64,000 nt of DNA from contig JAZRTB010000026.1 of assembly GCA_045651805.1 (NCBI GenBank), positions 283 through 64,282 of the forward strand. Direction: 5' to 3'. Source of the DNA: Clostridia bacterium (GTDB lineage: Bacteria; Bacillota; Clostridia; UMGS1883). The notes beneath the pieces were generated by a model. The model saw nothing but the letters and a program-made list of their open reading frames with translations, did no database searches and was not told the DNA's origin. The position numbers were made by a program, and so were the translations under genes. Positions 28,693 through 38,260 of this stretch are shown here, piece after piece (position 1 is the stretch's first letter; each line of letters begins with the position of its first letter).

Positions 28693-29694
28693 ATGTTTTA
28701 CGAAGAGCTTCGTTCTTCAATTAAAGATGGTAAAATCGCTCCGCTCTATATTTTCGAGGGACAGGAGGAATTTCTGATTGAATTTATGATCGGAGAAATC
28801 AAAAAGCTCCTTATTGAAGAATGGTCGGAAATGATGAACTATAAAAGTTTTTCTGAAATGCCTCCCGTTAATGAGGCGGTTGATTTTCTTGAAACACTTC
28901 CCGTTATGGCAGAAAGAAAGCTTGCCGTTTTTCGCAAGTGCGGACTGTTTTCGGGAAATATTAAAAACAAGGCAGAGTGGGAAAAGGCATTTTCAAGTGT
29001 TGCCGATTTCAACTGTGTAATAATCTGGGAGGAGCTTCCCGAAAAAGGTAAGAAGCCATCTTCCGTAAGAAAAGCGGCAGAATCCGGCGGTGCGGTAGTT
29101 GTGGAATTTCCTCTCCGCACAGAAGCAAACCTTAAAGCGTGGCTTACTAAATTTGCCGCGTCAAAAGGCAAAACCATTGACCAGAAAAATGCACTTTACC
29201 TTATAAATTCCCTTGAAAGAAAAATGCGTGTTATTAAAACCGAGTTTGAGAAAATCGTTTCTTTCTCAAAGGGCAGTCAGATAACCCGTGAAGATATTGA
29301 TGCAGTTATTATAAAGCCTGCGGTGGAAAACGTATTCGGAGTTATTGATGCGATTTTCGACGGCAGACGAGACGCCTGCTACAATCTTTTATACACCCTT
29401 CGTTCTCTTAAGCAGGAGCCTGTTTCAATATTATCACTTCTTTCCGGACAGCTTCTTATGATTTACAAGGCGAAGCTTCTGCTCCTTGACGGAAAAAGCC
29501 ATAATGAAACAACATATGCTCTCGGCGGAGGCTACGGTGCGGAAAAATGCACCCGCAAAGCAGAAAAAATAAAGCTTGAAAACATACAGACTTTGATAGA
29601 ATTGTGTTATGAAGCCGACAAGAATATCAAGCAAGGCAGAATTGCAGGCTGGACAGCGTTGGAGACTATAATCGCTGAGTATAAGTTTTATTAA
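28693..29694 (+). CDS. holA: DNA polymerase III delta subunit
   Basis: 333 aa. The N-terminus (IKDGKIAPLYIFEGQEEFL) and overall length and pattern fit HolA. Confidence 0.8.
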   Translation: MFYEELRSSIKDGKIAPLYIFEGQEEFLIEFMIGEIKKLLIEEWSEMMNYKSFSEMPPVNEAVDFLETLPVMAERKLAVFRKCGLFSGNIKNKAEWEKAFSSVADFNCVIIWEELPEKGKKPSSVRKAAESGGAVVVEFPLRTEANLKAWLTKFAASKGKTIDQKNALYLINSLERKMRVIKTEFEKIVSFSKGSQITREDIDAVIIKPAVENVFGVIDAIFDGRRDACYNLLYTLRSLKQEPVSILSLLSGQLLMIYKAKLLLLDGKSHNETTYALGGGYGAEKCTRKAEKIKLENIQTLIELCYEADKNIKQGRIAGWTALETIIAEYKFY

Positions 29695-29729
29695 AACGGG
29701 ATGTTAATTGCGGAACAAAGTTCCGCAGT

Positions 29730-29915
29730 GATATAAATCTCTGTTGAGATTTTCGATATGTACTTTGTACGCGATATGGCTTGCGGCACGATATGTTTCC
29801 TTCCGGAAACGAGATTTTATCATATCGTAACCTGACAGGGTTATATCGCATTTGCGTAGGGAACGACCTATGTGTCGTTCCGCCAAATATATCGCACGAG
29901 CAGAGCGAGTATATC
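29730..29915. repeat. Second array of nested inverted motifs (4x CGATAT(G), then 4x ATATCG) with interleaved hairpins
   Basis: GATAT occurs at 29730, 29755, 29773 and 29790; ATATC at 29822, 29843, 29889 and 29911. Hairpins between them include AAATCTC/GAGATTT, GTAC-TTT-GTAC, TTTCC-TTCC-GGAAA, AACC-TGACA-GGGTT and GGAACGAC-CTATGT-GTCGTTCC. Confidence 0.75.
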
Positions 29916-29973
29916 ATTTAAAACTCTCTCCCTTGATTTAAAAATACCAAAAGCAAAGAAAGGATTTGATTAT

Positions 29974-31341
29974 ATGAAATACGAACTCAAAAACGGTTGG
30001 ACAACCGAAATTGACAAGGATATTGTTTTCAAATTTGCAGAAGGATACAAGGATTTCCTTGATACCGCAAAGACAGAGCGTGAAGCAATCCGCGAGGCGG
30101 TGCGTCTTGCAGAGGATTGCGGATTCCAACCCCTTGAATCATTTACCTCTCTCAAGGAGGGCGACAAGGTTTATGCTATCAACAAGCTTAAGGGGCTTAT
30201 CCTTGCAGTTATCGGCTCCGAGCCGGTGTCAAACGGTGTAAACATCGTTGGTGCACACGTTGACGCTCCCCGCCTCGACCTTAAACCCAATCCCCTTTAT
30301 GAAGACGGTGAATTCGCTTACTTCAAGACTCACTACTATGGTGGCATCAAGAAATATCAATGGACCGCAATTCCCCTTGCAATCCACGGTGTAGTTGTAA
30401 AAACTGACGGAAGCAAGGTTGAAGTTAAAATCGGCGACGACAATGACGACATCACTTTCGTTATCACAGACCTTCTCCCCCATCTTGCACAGGAACAGAT
30501 GCAGAAAACTCCATCAACGGTAGTTGAAGCAGAGCAGCTCAATCTCCTTATCGGCTCAATGCCCCTTGCAGGAGAGGAAAAGGATGCGGTAAAAGCTAAT
30601 ATTCTCACTCTTCTCAACGAAAAGTACGGTATTGTGGAAGAGGATTTCTTAAGTGCAGAGCTTGAAATTGTACCTGCAGCAAGTGCAAAGGATGTAGGCT
30701 TTGACAGAGGACTTATCGGCGCTTATGCTCACGATGACAGAGTGTGTGCATACCCCGGTCTTATGGCAATTCTCACAACAGATGCCTGCGACAAGACAGC
30801 AGTCTGCCTTCTTACAGACAAGGAAGAAGTGGGCAGTATGGGTAACACAGGTGCAAAGAGCGATTTTATGAAGCTTATGCTTCTTGAATTAATGGACAAA
30901 ACAGGCGAAGGTGCTACAGAGCTTAATCTCCTCCGCACCCTTGACAGAAGCTTCTGCTTAAGTGCCGATGTTAATGCGGCATTTGACCCCAACTTCCCCT
31001 CACCCTACGAAAAGCGCAACAGCGCAAAGGCAGGCTATGGTGTAGCACTTGCAAAATATACAGGTTCACGCGGTAAGGGTGGTTCAAGCGATGCATCTGC
31101 AGAGCTTATGGGTAAAATCCGCAAACTCTTTAATGACAACGGTGTTCTCTGGCACGTTGGCGAGCTTGGAAAGGTTGAAGCAGGTGGTGGCGGTACAATT
31201 GCACAGTACGTTGCAAATCTTGGCGTTGAAACTGTTGACTGCGGTGTTCTCGTACTTTCAATGCACGCACCTTTCGAGGTCGTTTCAAAGCTTGACGTAT
31301 ATATGACATACAAGGCTTTCCATACTTTCTTTAATAACTGA
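29974..31341 (+). CDS. M18-family aminopeptidase
   Basis: Start at MKYELKNGW behind an AAAGGA RBS. Metal-site contexts GAHVDAPRLD, AHDDRVCAY and DKEEVGS are present. Confidence 0.85.
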   Translation: MKYELKNGWTTEIDKDIVFKFAEGYKDFLDTAKTEREAIREAVRLAEDCGFQPLESFTSLKEGDKVYAINKLKGLILAVIGSEPVSNGVNIVGAHVDAPRLDLKPNPLYEDGEFAYFKTHYYGGIKKYQWTAIPLAIHGVVVKTDGSKVEVKIGDDNDDITFVITDLLPHLAQEQMQKTPSTVVEAEQLNLLIGSMPLAGEEKDAVKANILTLLNEKYGIVEEDFLSAELEIVPAASAKDVGFDRGLIGAYAHDDRVCAYPGLMAILTTDACDKTAVCLLTDKEEVGSMGNTGAKSDFMKLMLLELMDKTGEGATELNLLRTLDRSFCLSADVNAAFDPNFPSPYEKRNSAKAGYGVALAKYTGSRGKGGSSDASAELMGKIRKLFNDNGVLWHVGELGKVEAGGGGTIAQYVANLGVETVDCGVLVLSMHAPFEVVSKLDVYMTYKAFHTFFNN

Positions 31342-31350
31342 GGTATTACG

Positions 31351-31599
31351 ATGAGAATAGATAAATTTTTAAAAGTTTCCAGAATTATTAAGCGTCGCAC
31401 CGTCGCAAACGAGGCTTGCGACGCAGGCAGAGTAAGCATTAACGGCAAAGTCTGCAAGGCAAGTGCCGAAATTAAATGCGGTGATATTGTTGAAATCCAC
31501 TTTGGAGAAAGACTTATCAAAGTAAGAATCGAGGATATTAAAGAGCATACACTTAAAAACGATGCCGCCTCTCTTTACAGCGTGATTGAAAATAATTAA
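31351..31599 (+). CDS. RNA-binding S4-domain protein
   Basis: 82 aa; MRIDKFLKVSRIIKRRTVANEACDAGRVSINGK is an S4 fold signature. Confidence 0.8.
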   Translation: MRIDKFLKVSRIIKRRTVANEACDAGRVSINGKVCKASAEIKCGDIVEIHFGERLIKVRIEDIKEHTLKNDAASLYSVIENN

Positions 31600-31611
31600 G
31601 GCGGTGTAAAA

Positions 31612-32157
31612 ATGAAACTATTGTTAGATTTATTCTGTGCTTTTTTCAGAATAGGTGCATTCACCTTCGGCGGTGGTTACGCAATGCTTTCCATGCTGCA
31701 AAAAGAAGTTGTGGAAAACAAAAAATGGGCAACCGATGAAGAAGTTCTCGACTACTACGCAGTCGGTCAGTGCACCCCCGGCGTTATCGCGGTAAACCTT
31801 GCCACATTCGTGGGACACAAGAAAAAAGGGGTTCTCGGTGCGGCATTTGCGACATTCGGAGTGGTGCTCCCCTCACTTATAATAATTTCCGTTATTGCGG
31901 CGTTGCTTCACAATTTTATGGAGTATGCAATTGTTCAGCATATTTTCGGGGGAATCAGAGTTTGCGTTGCGGTGCTTATCGTTAATGCCGTAATCACTCT
32001 CGGCAAAAAAGCACTTGCTGATAAACTGTGCATCGCAATTTCAATCCTTGCATTTATTGTATCTGTTGTTTTCCCGTCGGTGTCGCCGATTTTTATAGTT
32101 CTTGCAGCGGCTCTGTTGGGATTTGCCACAATGAAAAAAGGAGGTAATGCGAAATGA
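31612..32157 (+). CDS. chrA: chromate transporter (CHR family), first half-size subunit
   Basis: 181 aa, TM-rich, FTFGGGYAMLSML motif. Overlaps the next gene by 4 nt. Confidence 0.8.
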   Translation: MKLLLDLFCAFFRIGAFTFGGGYAMLSMLQKEVVENKKWATDEEVLDYYAVGQCTPGVIAVNLATFVGHKKKGVLGAAFATFGVVLPSLIIISVIAALLHNFMEYAIVQHIFGGIRVCVAVLIVNAVITLGKKALADKLCIAISILAFIVSVVFPSVSPIFIVLAAALLGFATMKKGGNAK

Positions 32158-32741
32158 TGACATTTCTTCTCCTTTTTATAGAATTTTTTAAGACAGGTCT
32201 TTTCGCCATCGGTGGAGGACTTGCAACAATCCCCTTCCTCCGTGTAATGTGTAAAACATACCCTACATGGTTTAACGAGGAGCTTCTCACAAATATGATT
32301 GCCGTAGGCGAATCAACTCCCGGTCCAATCGGTGTAAATATTGCAACGTATGTGGGTTTTACCGTAGGTCACAGCGAGGGAGGTTTGGGGACGGCAATCC
32401 TCGGAGGTTTCTGGGTTACATTTGCCCTTGTATTGCCGTCATTCATTATAATCCTTATCGTTTCAAAGCTGCTTCAGTCATTCAAGGAAAACAGGCTTGT
32501 AAAACGGGGATTCTACTCTATCCGCCCTGCAGTTGTAGGTATGATTGCTTCTGCAGCACTTACTATGATTTACGGTTCAGTTTTTACAAAGGGCGGAAAC
32601 CTTCTCCACTCAATTGATATTAAAGCGGCTATTCTTTTCATCGCACTCATTGTTGCGACAAACACAAAGAAGCTTAAAAAGCTTCATCCTATTGTATTTA
32701 TAATAATAGCCGGTGTTGTCGGTGCTATATTTAAATTTTAA
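32154..32741 (+). CDS. chrA: chromate transporter (CHR family), second half-size subunit
   Basis: 195 aa paralog with FAIGGGLATIPFL. Confidence 0.8.
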   Translation: MMTFLLLFIEFFKTGLFAIGGGLATIPFLRVMCKTYPTWFNEELLTNMIAVGESTPGPIGVNIATYVGFTVGHSEGGLGTAILGGFWVTFALVLPSFIIILIVSKLLQSFKENRLVKRGFYSIRPAVVGMIASAALTMIYGSVFTKGGNLLHSIDIKAAILFIALIVATNTKKLKKLHPIVFIIIAGVVGAIFKF

Positions 32742-32753
32742 TTAAGAGGTAAC

Positions 32754-32989
32754 GGGAATGTAAAAAAGTCCAGAACGCAAAAAGACGATAATATTATAAA
32801 TATTAAACCGTTATTAATTTGCAGAATGCTCTTTCTTTGGTTGAAAAACCTCGATTCTCTCAATTTTTCTGTATTTATGTTCTTTTTGCTACGAACAAAC
32901 TTCACCTCTCGACGTACCATTGTACGCCTTCGGGTAACCCAAGCTACGCTTGGTTCAGTTTGTCCGTTCTGAACATTTTTCCTATTCCC
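32754..32989 (+). repeat. Copy B of the TIR-bounded structured element (~236 bp)
   Basis: Starts GGGAATGTAAAAAAGTCCAGAACGC and ends GTTCTGAACATTTTTCCTATTCCC. It begins 12 nt after the chrA stop. TTAAGAGGTAAC is duplicated at 32742-32753 and 33007-33018. Confidence 0.85.
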
Positions 32990-33022
32990 TATAAATTATA
33001 CTATTTTTAAGAGGTAACAATA

Positions 33023-35164
33023 ATGGATATTTTAAAACAACTTTGTATTGAATTAAAAACAGACGAAAAACACACTCAAAACGTAATCAATATGCTTGAC
33101 GAGGGAAATACTATCCCCTTTATCGCCCGATACCGTAAGGAATTAACAGGCAATATGGACGACCAGCTTGTACGTGCGATTTCCGTACGCCTTGCCGCAC
33201 TTCGCGCAATCGAGGAAAGAAAGGCGGAGGTTATACGTCTTATCGATGAACAGGGTAAGCTTACAGACGAAATTACTGCAGCGGTAGAAAAGGCACAGAC
33301 CCTTACCGAGCTTGAGGATATTTACCGTCCCTACCGTCCCAAGAGAAAAACCCGTGCAAGCGTTGCGAGAGAAAAAGGGCTTGAACCTCTTTCTGCCCTT
33401 ATTATGGAGCAGGAATTCAGCGGAGATATTAACGAAGAAGCCGCAAAATACATAGATGAAGAAAAGGGTGTTACCTCTGTTGAAGAAGCGATCCAGGGTG
33501 CGCTCGACATCATTGCCGAGGACATCAGCGACAATGCAGATTACAGAAAGAATATCCGCCGTCTTACATATATGAATGGCGTTATCACAAGTAAGCAGGG
33601 CAAAGAGGAAAATGCAGTTTACCAGATGTATTATGAGTATTCCGAACCTGTTAAAGCCGTTGCAGACCACCGCATCCTTGCTATGGACCGCGGTGAAAAG
33701 GAAGATGTTCTTTCCGTTAAAATTGAGCTTGATACGGAGTTAATCACAGATTACCTTTATAAGCAGGTTATAAAGAATAACTCACAGCTTTCCGACCTTG
33801 TGAAAGAAGCTGTCAATGATTCATATAAAAGGCTTATCGCACCCTCTATCGAAAACGAAATCCGTTCCGACCTTACAGAGCGTGCACAGAATGGTGCAAT
33901 CGGTCTTTTCAGCGTGAATCTTAAAAATCTTCTTATGACTCCCCCTGTTAAAGGGCACACGGTGTTAGGTGTTGACCCCGGCTACAGAACGGGTTGTAAG
34001 CTTGCAGTAGTTGACAGTACGGGTAAAGTTCTTGAAACGGGCGTTGGCTATTTCACTCTTGAACACCACGACACAGAAAAGGCGAAAAAGCAGATTAAGG
34101 GAATGATTGAAAGAAACGATGTTACCCTTATCTCAATCGGTAACGGTACTGCAACGGGCGAAAGCGAGAAGTTTATTGCATCACTTATTCCCGAGCTTGA
34201 CCGCCCTGTAAAATATATGGTGGTTTCCGAGGCAGGTGCATCTGTTTATAGTGCAAGTGAACTTGGTGCGAAGGAATTCCCCGATTACGACGTATCTCTC
34301 CGTAGCGCGGTTTCTATCGCTCGTCGTCTTCAGGACCCCCTTGCAGAGCTTGTTAAGATTGACCCCCGTTCAATCGGTGTAGGTCAGTATCAGCACGACT
34401 GTAATCAAAAGAAGCTGTCGGGTGCACTCGGCGGTGTAGTTGAAGACTGTGTTAATAACGTAGGCGTTGACCTTAACACGGCTTCGGCATCACTTCTTTC
34501 ATACATTTCAGGTATTTCCTCTGCAGTAGCACAGAACATTGTTGACTACCGCGAGGAAAACGGCTCATTCACAAAAAGAAAAGAGCTTCTTAAGGTTAAA
34601 AAGCTCGGTGAAAAAGCATTTGTGCAGTGTGCAGGCTTTATGCGTATTCCTATGGGTAAGGAATTCCTCGATAATACTTCCGTTCATCCCGAAAGCTACG
34701 ATGCGGCAAGGGCACTTATTGTAAAATGCGGATACACCGATGAAGAAATCAAAAAAGGTGCTTTTTCTGATATTACAAGCCGTATTACAAAGGAAGCCGC
34801 AGAGGAAATCTGTAAAGAATTCGAAATCGGTATGTTCACACTCCGCGATATTTGTGACACTCTTGCAAAGCCCGGCAGAGATATGCGTGATGAGCTTCCC
34901 AAGCCTCTCCTTCGCAGCGGTTGTATGTCACTTGAAGAACTCACTCCCGGTATGATTTTAGAAGGAACTGTAAGAAATGTAATTGACTTTGGTGCATTTG
35001 TTGACATTGGCGTGCATCAGGACGGACTTGTGCATATATCACAGATTTCCGACAAATTCATCAAGCATCCTACAGATGTATTGAGTGTTGGTGATATTGT
35101 TAAGGTAAAAGTTTTAGAAGTTGATATTAATAAGAAGCGAATTTCTCTTACTATGAAGATATAA
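33023..35164 (+). CDS. tex: Tex-like transcription accessory protein (YqgF/HhH/S1 domains)
   Basis: 713 aa with the IPFIARYRKE N-terminus and a C-terminal S1 domain (GMILEGTVRNVIDFGAFVDIGVHQDGLVHISQ). Confidence 0.92.
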   Translation: MDILKQLCIELKTDEKHTQNVINMLDEGNTIPFIARYRKELTGNMDDQLVRAISVRLAALRAIEERKAEVIRLIDEQGKLTDEITAAVEKAQTLTELEDIYRPYRPKRKTRASVAREKGLEPLSALIMEQEFSGDINEEAAKYIDEEKGVTSVEEAIQGALDIIAEDISDNADYRKNIRRLTYMNGVITSKQGKEENAVYQMYYEYSEPVKAVADHRILAMDRGEKEDVLSVKIELDTELITDYLYKQVIKNNSQLSDLVKEAVNDSYKRLIAPSIENEIRSDLTERAQNGAIGLFSVNLKNLLMTPPVKGHTVLGVDPGYRTGCKLAVVDSTGKVLETGVGYFTLEHHDTEKAKKQIKGMIERNDVTLISIGNGTATGESEKFIASLIPELDRPVKYMVVSEAGASVYSASELGAKEFPDYDVSLRSAVSIARRLQDPLAELVKIDPRSIGVGQYQHDCNQKKLSGALGGVVEDCVNNVGVDLNTASASLLSYISGISSAVAQNIVDYREENGSFTKRKELLKVKKLGEKAFVQCAGFMRIPMGKEFLDNTSVHPESYDAARALIVKCGYTDEEIKKGAFSDITSRITKEAAEEICKEFEIGMFTLRDICDTLAKPGRDMRDELPKPLLRSGCMSLEELTPGMILEGTVRNVIDFGAFVDIGVHQDGLVHISQISDKFIKHPTDVLSVGDIVKVKVLEVDINKKRISLTMKI

Positions 35165-35180
35165 CACAAGGAGTATTCAA

Positions 35181-35546
35181 ATGAAATACATTGGTCAGCT
35201 TTGCATAATACTCGGCATTTCTGTAATTGGAGAGGTGCTTAATCACCTTATCCCCCTGCCCGTTCCTGCAAGTATTTACGGACTTGTTATAATGCTGATA
35301 CTGTTATGCACAAAATTAATAAAGGTGCACCACGTTAAGGAAACAAGCGATTTTCTTCTTGCGGTAATGCCTATAATGTTTGTTCCTGCAGGTGCAGGCG
35401 TTATAAAATACTGGTCTGTTATAAAGCCTATGATTATCCCCTGCATTATTATAATGCTTCTTGTTACAATTATAGTAATGGTTGTAACGGGTAGGGTTAC
35501 ACAGGCTATAATAAGACTTACCGGAAAGGAGAAGGGCAATGCTTAA
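35181..35546 (+). CDS. lrgA: CidA/LrgA-family holin-like protein
   Basis: 121 aa with 4 TM segments, followed by an overlapping lrgB. Confidence 0.8.
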   Translation: MKYIGQLCIILGISVIGEVLNHLIPLPVPASIYGLVIMLILLCTKLIKVHHVKETSDFLLAVMPIMFVPAGAGVIKYWSVIKPMIIPCIIIMLLVTIIVMVVTGRVTQAIIRLTGKEKGNA

Positions 35547-36225
35547 TAATTCAGCTTTTTTCCACGTATTTATGGTATTGGGATTTTATGTGGTTTGTAC
35601 CATTATTCAAAAAAAATGCCGTATGTCCTGGTTTAATCCGCTTCTTATGTCAATCGTTTTCACGGTGTTGATGATTCTCGGCACAAACACAAAATATGAG
35701 ACATTTGAGTCAAACACAAAGCTTATAAGCTACCTCCTTACACCTGCAACGGTTTGTCTTGCAGTACCCCTTTACGAAAAGCTTAACGAGCTTAAGAAAA
35801 ACGCCCTTGCAATCCTTGTGGGGATTTTCTCGGGCGTTATAACATCGGCACTTTGCATTATACTTGTTTGCATGATATTTAACCTTGACAGTACGGCGCT
35901 TGCCACATTCATCCCTAAATCAATCACTACGGCAATCGGTGTAGATTTAGCAAAAGAGCTGGGCGGAATAAGCTCCCTTACGGCAATTACTATAATTCTT
36001 ACGGGCGTATTCGGAAATGTGCTTGCACAGGCTGTATGCAAAATTTTCAGAATAACTCACCCCATTGCCGTAGGTACTGCAATCGGCACATCGTCCCACG
36101 CAGGCGGAACTGCAAAAGCTATTGAAATAGGTAAAACCGAAGGTGCTATCAGCGGTCTTGCCATAGCTGTGGCAGGACTGATGACGGTAGTTGTTGCACC
36201 GATAGTTATGAATATCATGAAATAA
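35539..36225 (+). CDS. lrgB: LrgB/CidB-family membrane protein
   Basis: 228 aa, polytopic, overlapping lrgA by 8 nt. Confidence 0.8.
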   Translation: MLNNSAFFHVFMVLGFYVVCTIIQKKCRMSWFNPLLMSIVFTVLMILGTNTKYETFESNTKLISYLLTPATVCLAVPLYEKLNELKKNALAILVGIFSGVITSALCIILVCMIFNLDSTALATFIPKSITTAIGVDLAKELGGISSLTAITIILTGVFGNVLAQAVCKIFRITHPIAVGTAIGTSSHAGGTAKAIEIGKTEGAISGLAIAVAGLMTVVVAPIVMNIMK

Positions 36226-36233
36226 AAATCACC

Positions 36234-36283
36234 AAACAGAAAAACAGTATGCGAACTATTTATCGCATACTGTTTTTCTGTTT
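36234..36283 (+). terminator. Terminator after lrgB
   Basis: AAACAGAAAAACAGTATGCGA-ACTATTTA-TCGCATACTGTTTTTCTGTTT. Confidence 0.65.
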
Positions 36284-36386
36284 GTGTAGCAACCTTGGCA
36301 GTACTGTCACAACTATTTTACACCACTTTAGGTGTGAAATCAACACTTTTTTTAATATTGTGATACAATTCTTTTGAGGTGAGATA

Positions 36387-36608
36387 ATGGAATACACAAA
36401 AAGATTAAAAACCTTAAGAGAAGACAATGACTTAAGTCAAAAAGAAGTGGCTGCATATTTAAACACCACTCAACAAGTATATTCCAGATATGAAAATGGT
36501 ACAAATGAAATTCCCGTACATCATCTGATTGCTTTATCACGTTTTTACAAGGTTAGTTGCGACTATATTTTAGGCGAAACTGATTGTAGAGACATAAAGA
36601 ACCAATAA
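36387..36608 (+). CDS. XRE-family helix-turn-helix transcriptional regulator (73 aa)
   Basis: LKTLREDNDLSQKEVAAYLNTTQQVYSRYENG HTH, behind a GAGGTGA RBS. Confidence 0.8.
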   Translation: MEYTKRLKTLREDNDLSQKEVAAYLNTTQQVYSRYENGTNEIPVHHLIALSRFYKVSCDYILGETDCRDIKNQ

Positions 36609-36620
36609 TTTTTCATACAG

Positions 36621-36657
36621 AAAAACACCGCGGAAGTTCCGCGGTGTTTATTTTTTT
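36621..36657. terminator. Bidirectional terminator
   Basis: AAAAACACCGCGG-AAGT-TCCGCGGTGTTT followed by ATTTTTTT. Confidence 0.75.
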
Positions 36658-37072
36658 ATTCGATAGGCTCAATTGGCTCTGTTTCGATTTCCTCTTCGTC
36701 TTCAACTTCTTCTGCTTCTTCGTCATTTTCAACGATTTCAGCATCCTGAACTTCGATTTCCACATCTATATCATCAACACCGATTTCGTCGGTATCCTTA
36801 ATATTTGAGATTGTTTCACGAAGCTCTGCAATTGAGGTTTCAAGCTCATCAATTTTTTCAAGGATGGGCTTTATACGTTTGGAAATGTTTTTCTCTTTCT
36901 TATAAGCCTTATAAGCTTCAAAACCGGCTGTTTTGTAAAGCTCTTTAACTTTTTTCTGTTTTTCTGAAATTTCAAGTTTTATTTTTGTAATGGAGTAAAG
37001 TTTTCTGCTTTCTCTGCCTGAAACTTTGGCAACAGACTGTGCAGTTTTTTTAATCTTTTCAAAAAATTCCAT
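36656..37072 (-). CDS. hypothetical coiled-coil protein with a poly-acidic tail
   Basis: 138 aa. A Lys-rich helical N-terminal half and a C-terminal DDIDVEIEVQDAEIVENDEEAEEVEDEEEIE. It lies directly downstream of ftsZ. Confidence 0.55.
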   Translation of the reverse strand: MEFFEKIKKTAQSVAKVSGRESRKLYSITKIKLEISEKQKKVKELYKTAGFEAYKAYKKEKNISKRIKPILEKIDELETSIAELRETISNIKDTDEIGVDDIDVEIEVQDAEIVENDEEAEEVEDEEEIETEPIEPIE

Positions 37073-37100
37073 ACTTTTACTCTCCTTTACTTTTTAAGAA

Positions 37101-38153
37101 TTATTCAAAGCTTGTCTTCTTAAGGAAGCCGGGGATTTCAAGGTCACTGTCTGTTGATGCGAAAGAACCGAAGAATCCGCTTGACTTCTCTTTCTTCTGA
37201 CCTTCAAGACCTGTTGCGATAACAGTAATGATGATATCATCTTCAAGGCTTTCATCAATAGCTGCACCGAAGATTACATATGCATCTTCGTCTACGCAGT
37301 CGCCGATAAGCTGTGCTGCAGCATTTGTTTCGTGAAGGTTAAGGTTAGCGCCACCGATAACGTTGATAAGAACGCCTGTTGCACCGTCGATTGTTGTTTC
37401 AAGAAGTGCACTTTCGATAGCCATTCTTGCAGCTTCCTCTGCACGGTTTTCGCCGCTTGCACGACCGATACCCATATGAGCAAGACCTGCATCCTTCATA
37501 ACTGTTGTTACGTCTGCGAAGTCAACGTTGATAAGACCTGCACCTACGATAAGATCAGAGATACCCTGAACGCCCTGACGAAGAATTTCGTCAGCATCCT
37601 TGAATGCATCAAGAAGACTAGTCTTGTTGCTGCTTACATCAAGAAGTCTGTCGTTGGGGATAACGATAAGTGTATCAACATTGCCACGAAGCTGCTCAAT
37701 ACCCTCTTCTGCCTGAATCATACGTCTTCTGCCTTCAAAACCGAAAGGCTTTGTAACAACTGCAACTGTAAGTACGCCAAGCTCCTTAGCTATACCTGCA
37801 ACGATGGGAGCAGCACCTGTACCTGTTCCGCCGCCCATACCTGCAGTTACAAATACCATATCTGCATCTTTAAGAACCTGCTCAATTTCGCTACGGCTTT
37901 CTTCAGCAGCCTTCTTACCGATTTCTGCTTTACCGCCTGCGCCCTGACCCTTTGTAAGCTTGTCACCGATCTGAATCTTCTGACTAGCCTGGCTCTTTGT
38001 AAGCGCCTGCTTATCTGTATTGATAGCAACGAACTCAACGCCCTTAACACCGGCCTCGACCATTCTGTTAACAGCATTGTTACCGCCGCCGCCTACACCT
38101 ACAACTTTAATTTTCTGAGCTGCGCCCAGCTCCTGTGCGTATTCCATTCTCAT
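37101..38153 (-). CDS. ftsZ: cell division GTPase FtsZ
   Basis: [10 protein letters not shown] and [10 protein letters not shown] tubulin signature motifs, behind a GAGGAGG RBS. Confidence 0.96.
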   Translation of the reverse strand: MRMEYAQELGAAQKIKVVGVGGGGNNAVNRMVEAGVKGVEFVAINTDKQALTKSQASQKIQIGDKLTKGQGAGGKAEIGKKAAEESRSEIEQVLKDADMVFVTAGMGGGTGTGAAPIVAGIAKELGVLTVAVVTKPFGFEGRRRMIQAEEGIEQLRGNVDTLIVIPNDRLLDVSSNKTSLLDAFKDADEILRQGVQGISDLIVGAGLINVDFADVTTVMKDAGLAHMGIGRASGENRAEEAARMAIESALLETTIDGATGVLINVIGGANLNLHETNAAAQLIGDCVDEDAYVIFGAAIDESLEDDIIITVIATGLEGQKKEKSSGFFGSFASTDSDLEIPGFLKKTSFE

Positions 38154-38260
38154 TGGAACTCCTCCTCTATATGTGATAATAATTACAATCTACACCTATA
38201 TATTATATAATACACCTAAAACGCGTCAGTTTCAAGAAAAATTTTTAATATTATATAAGA

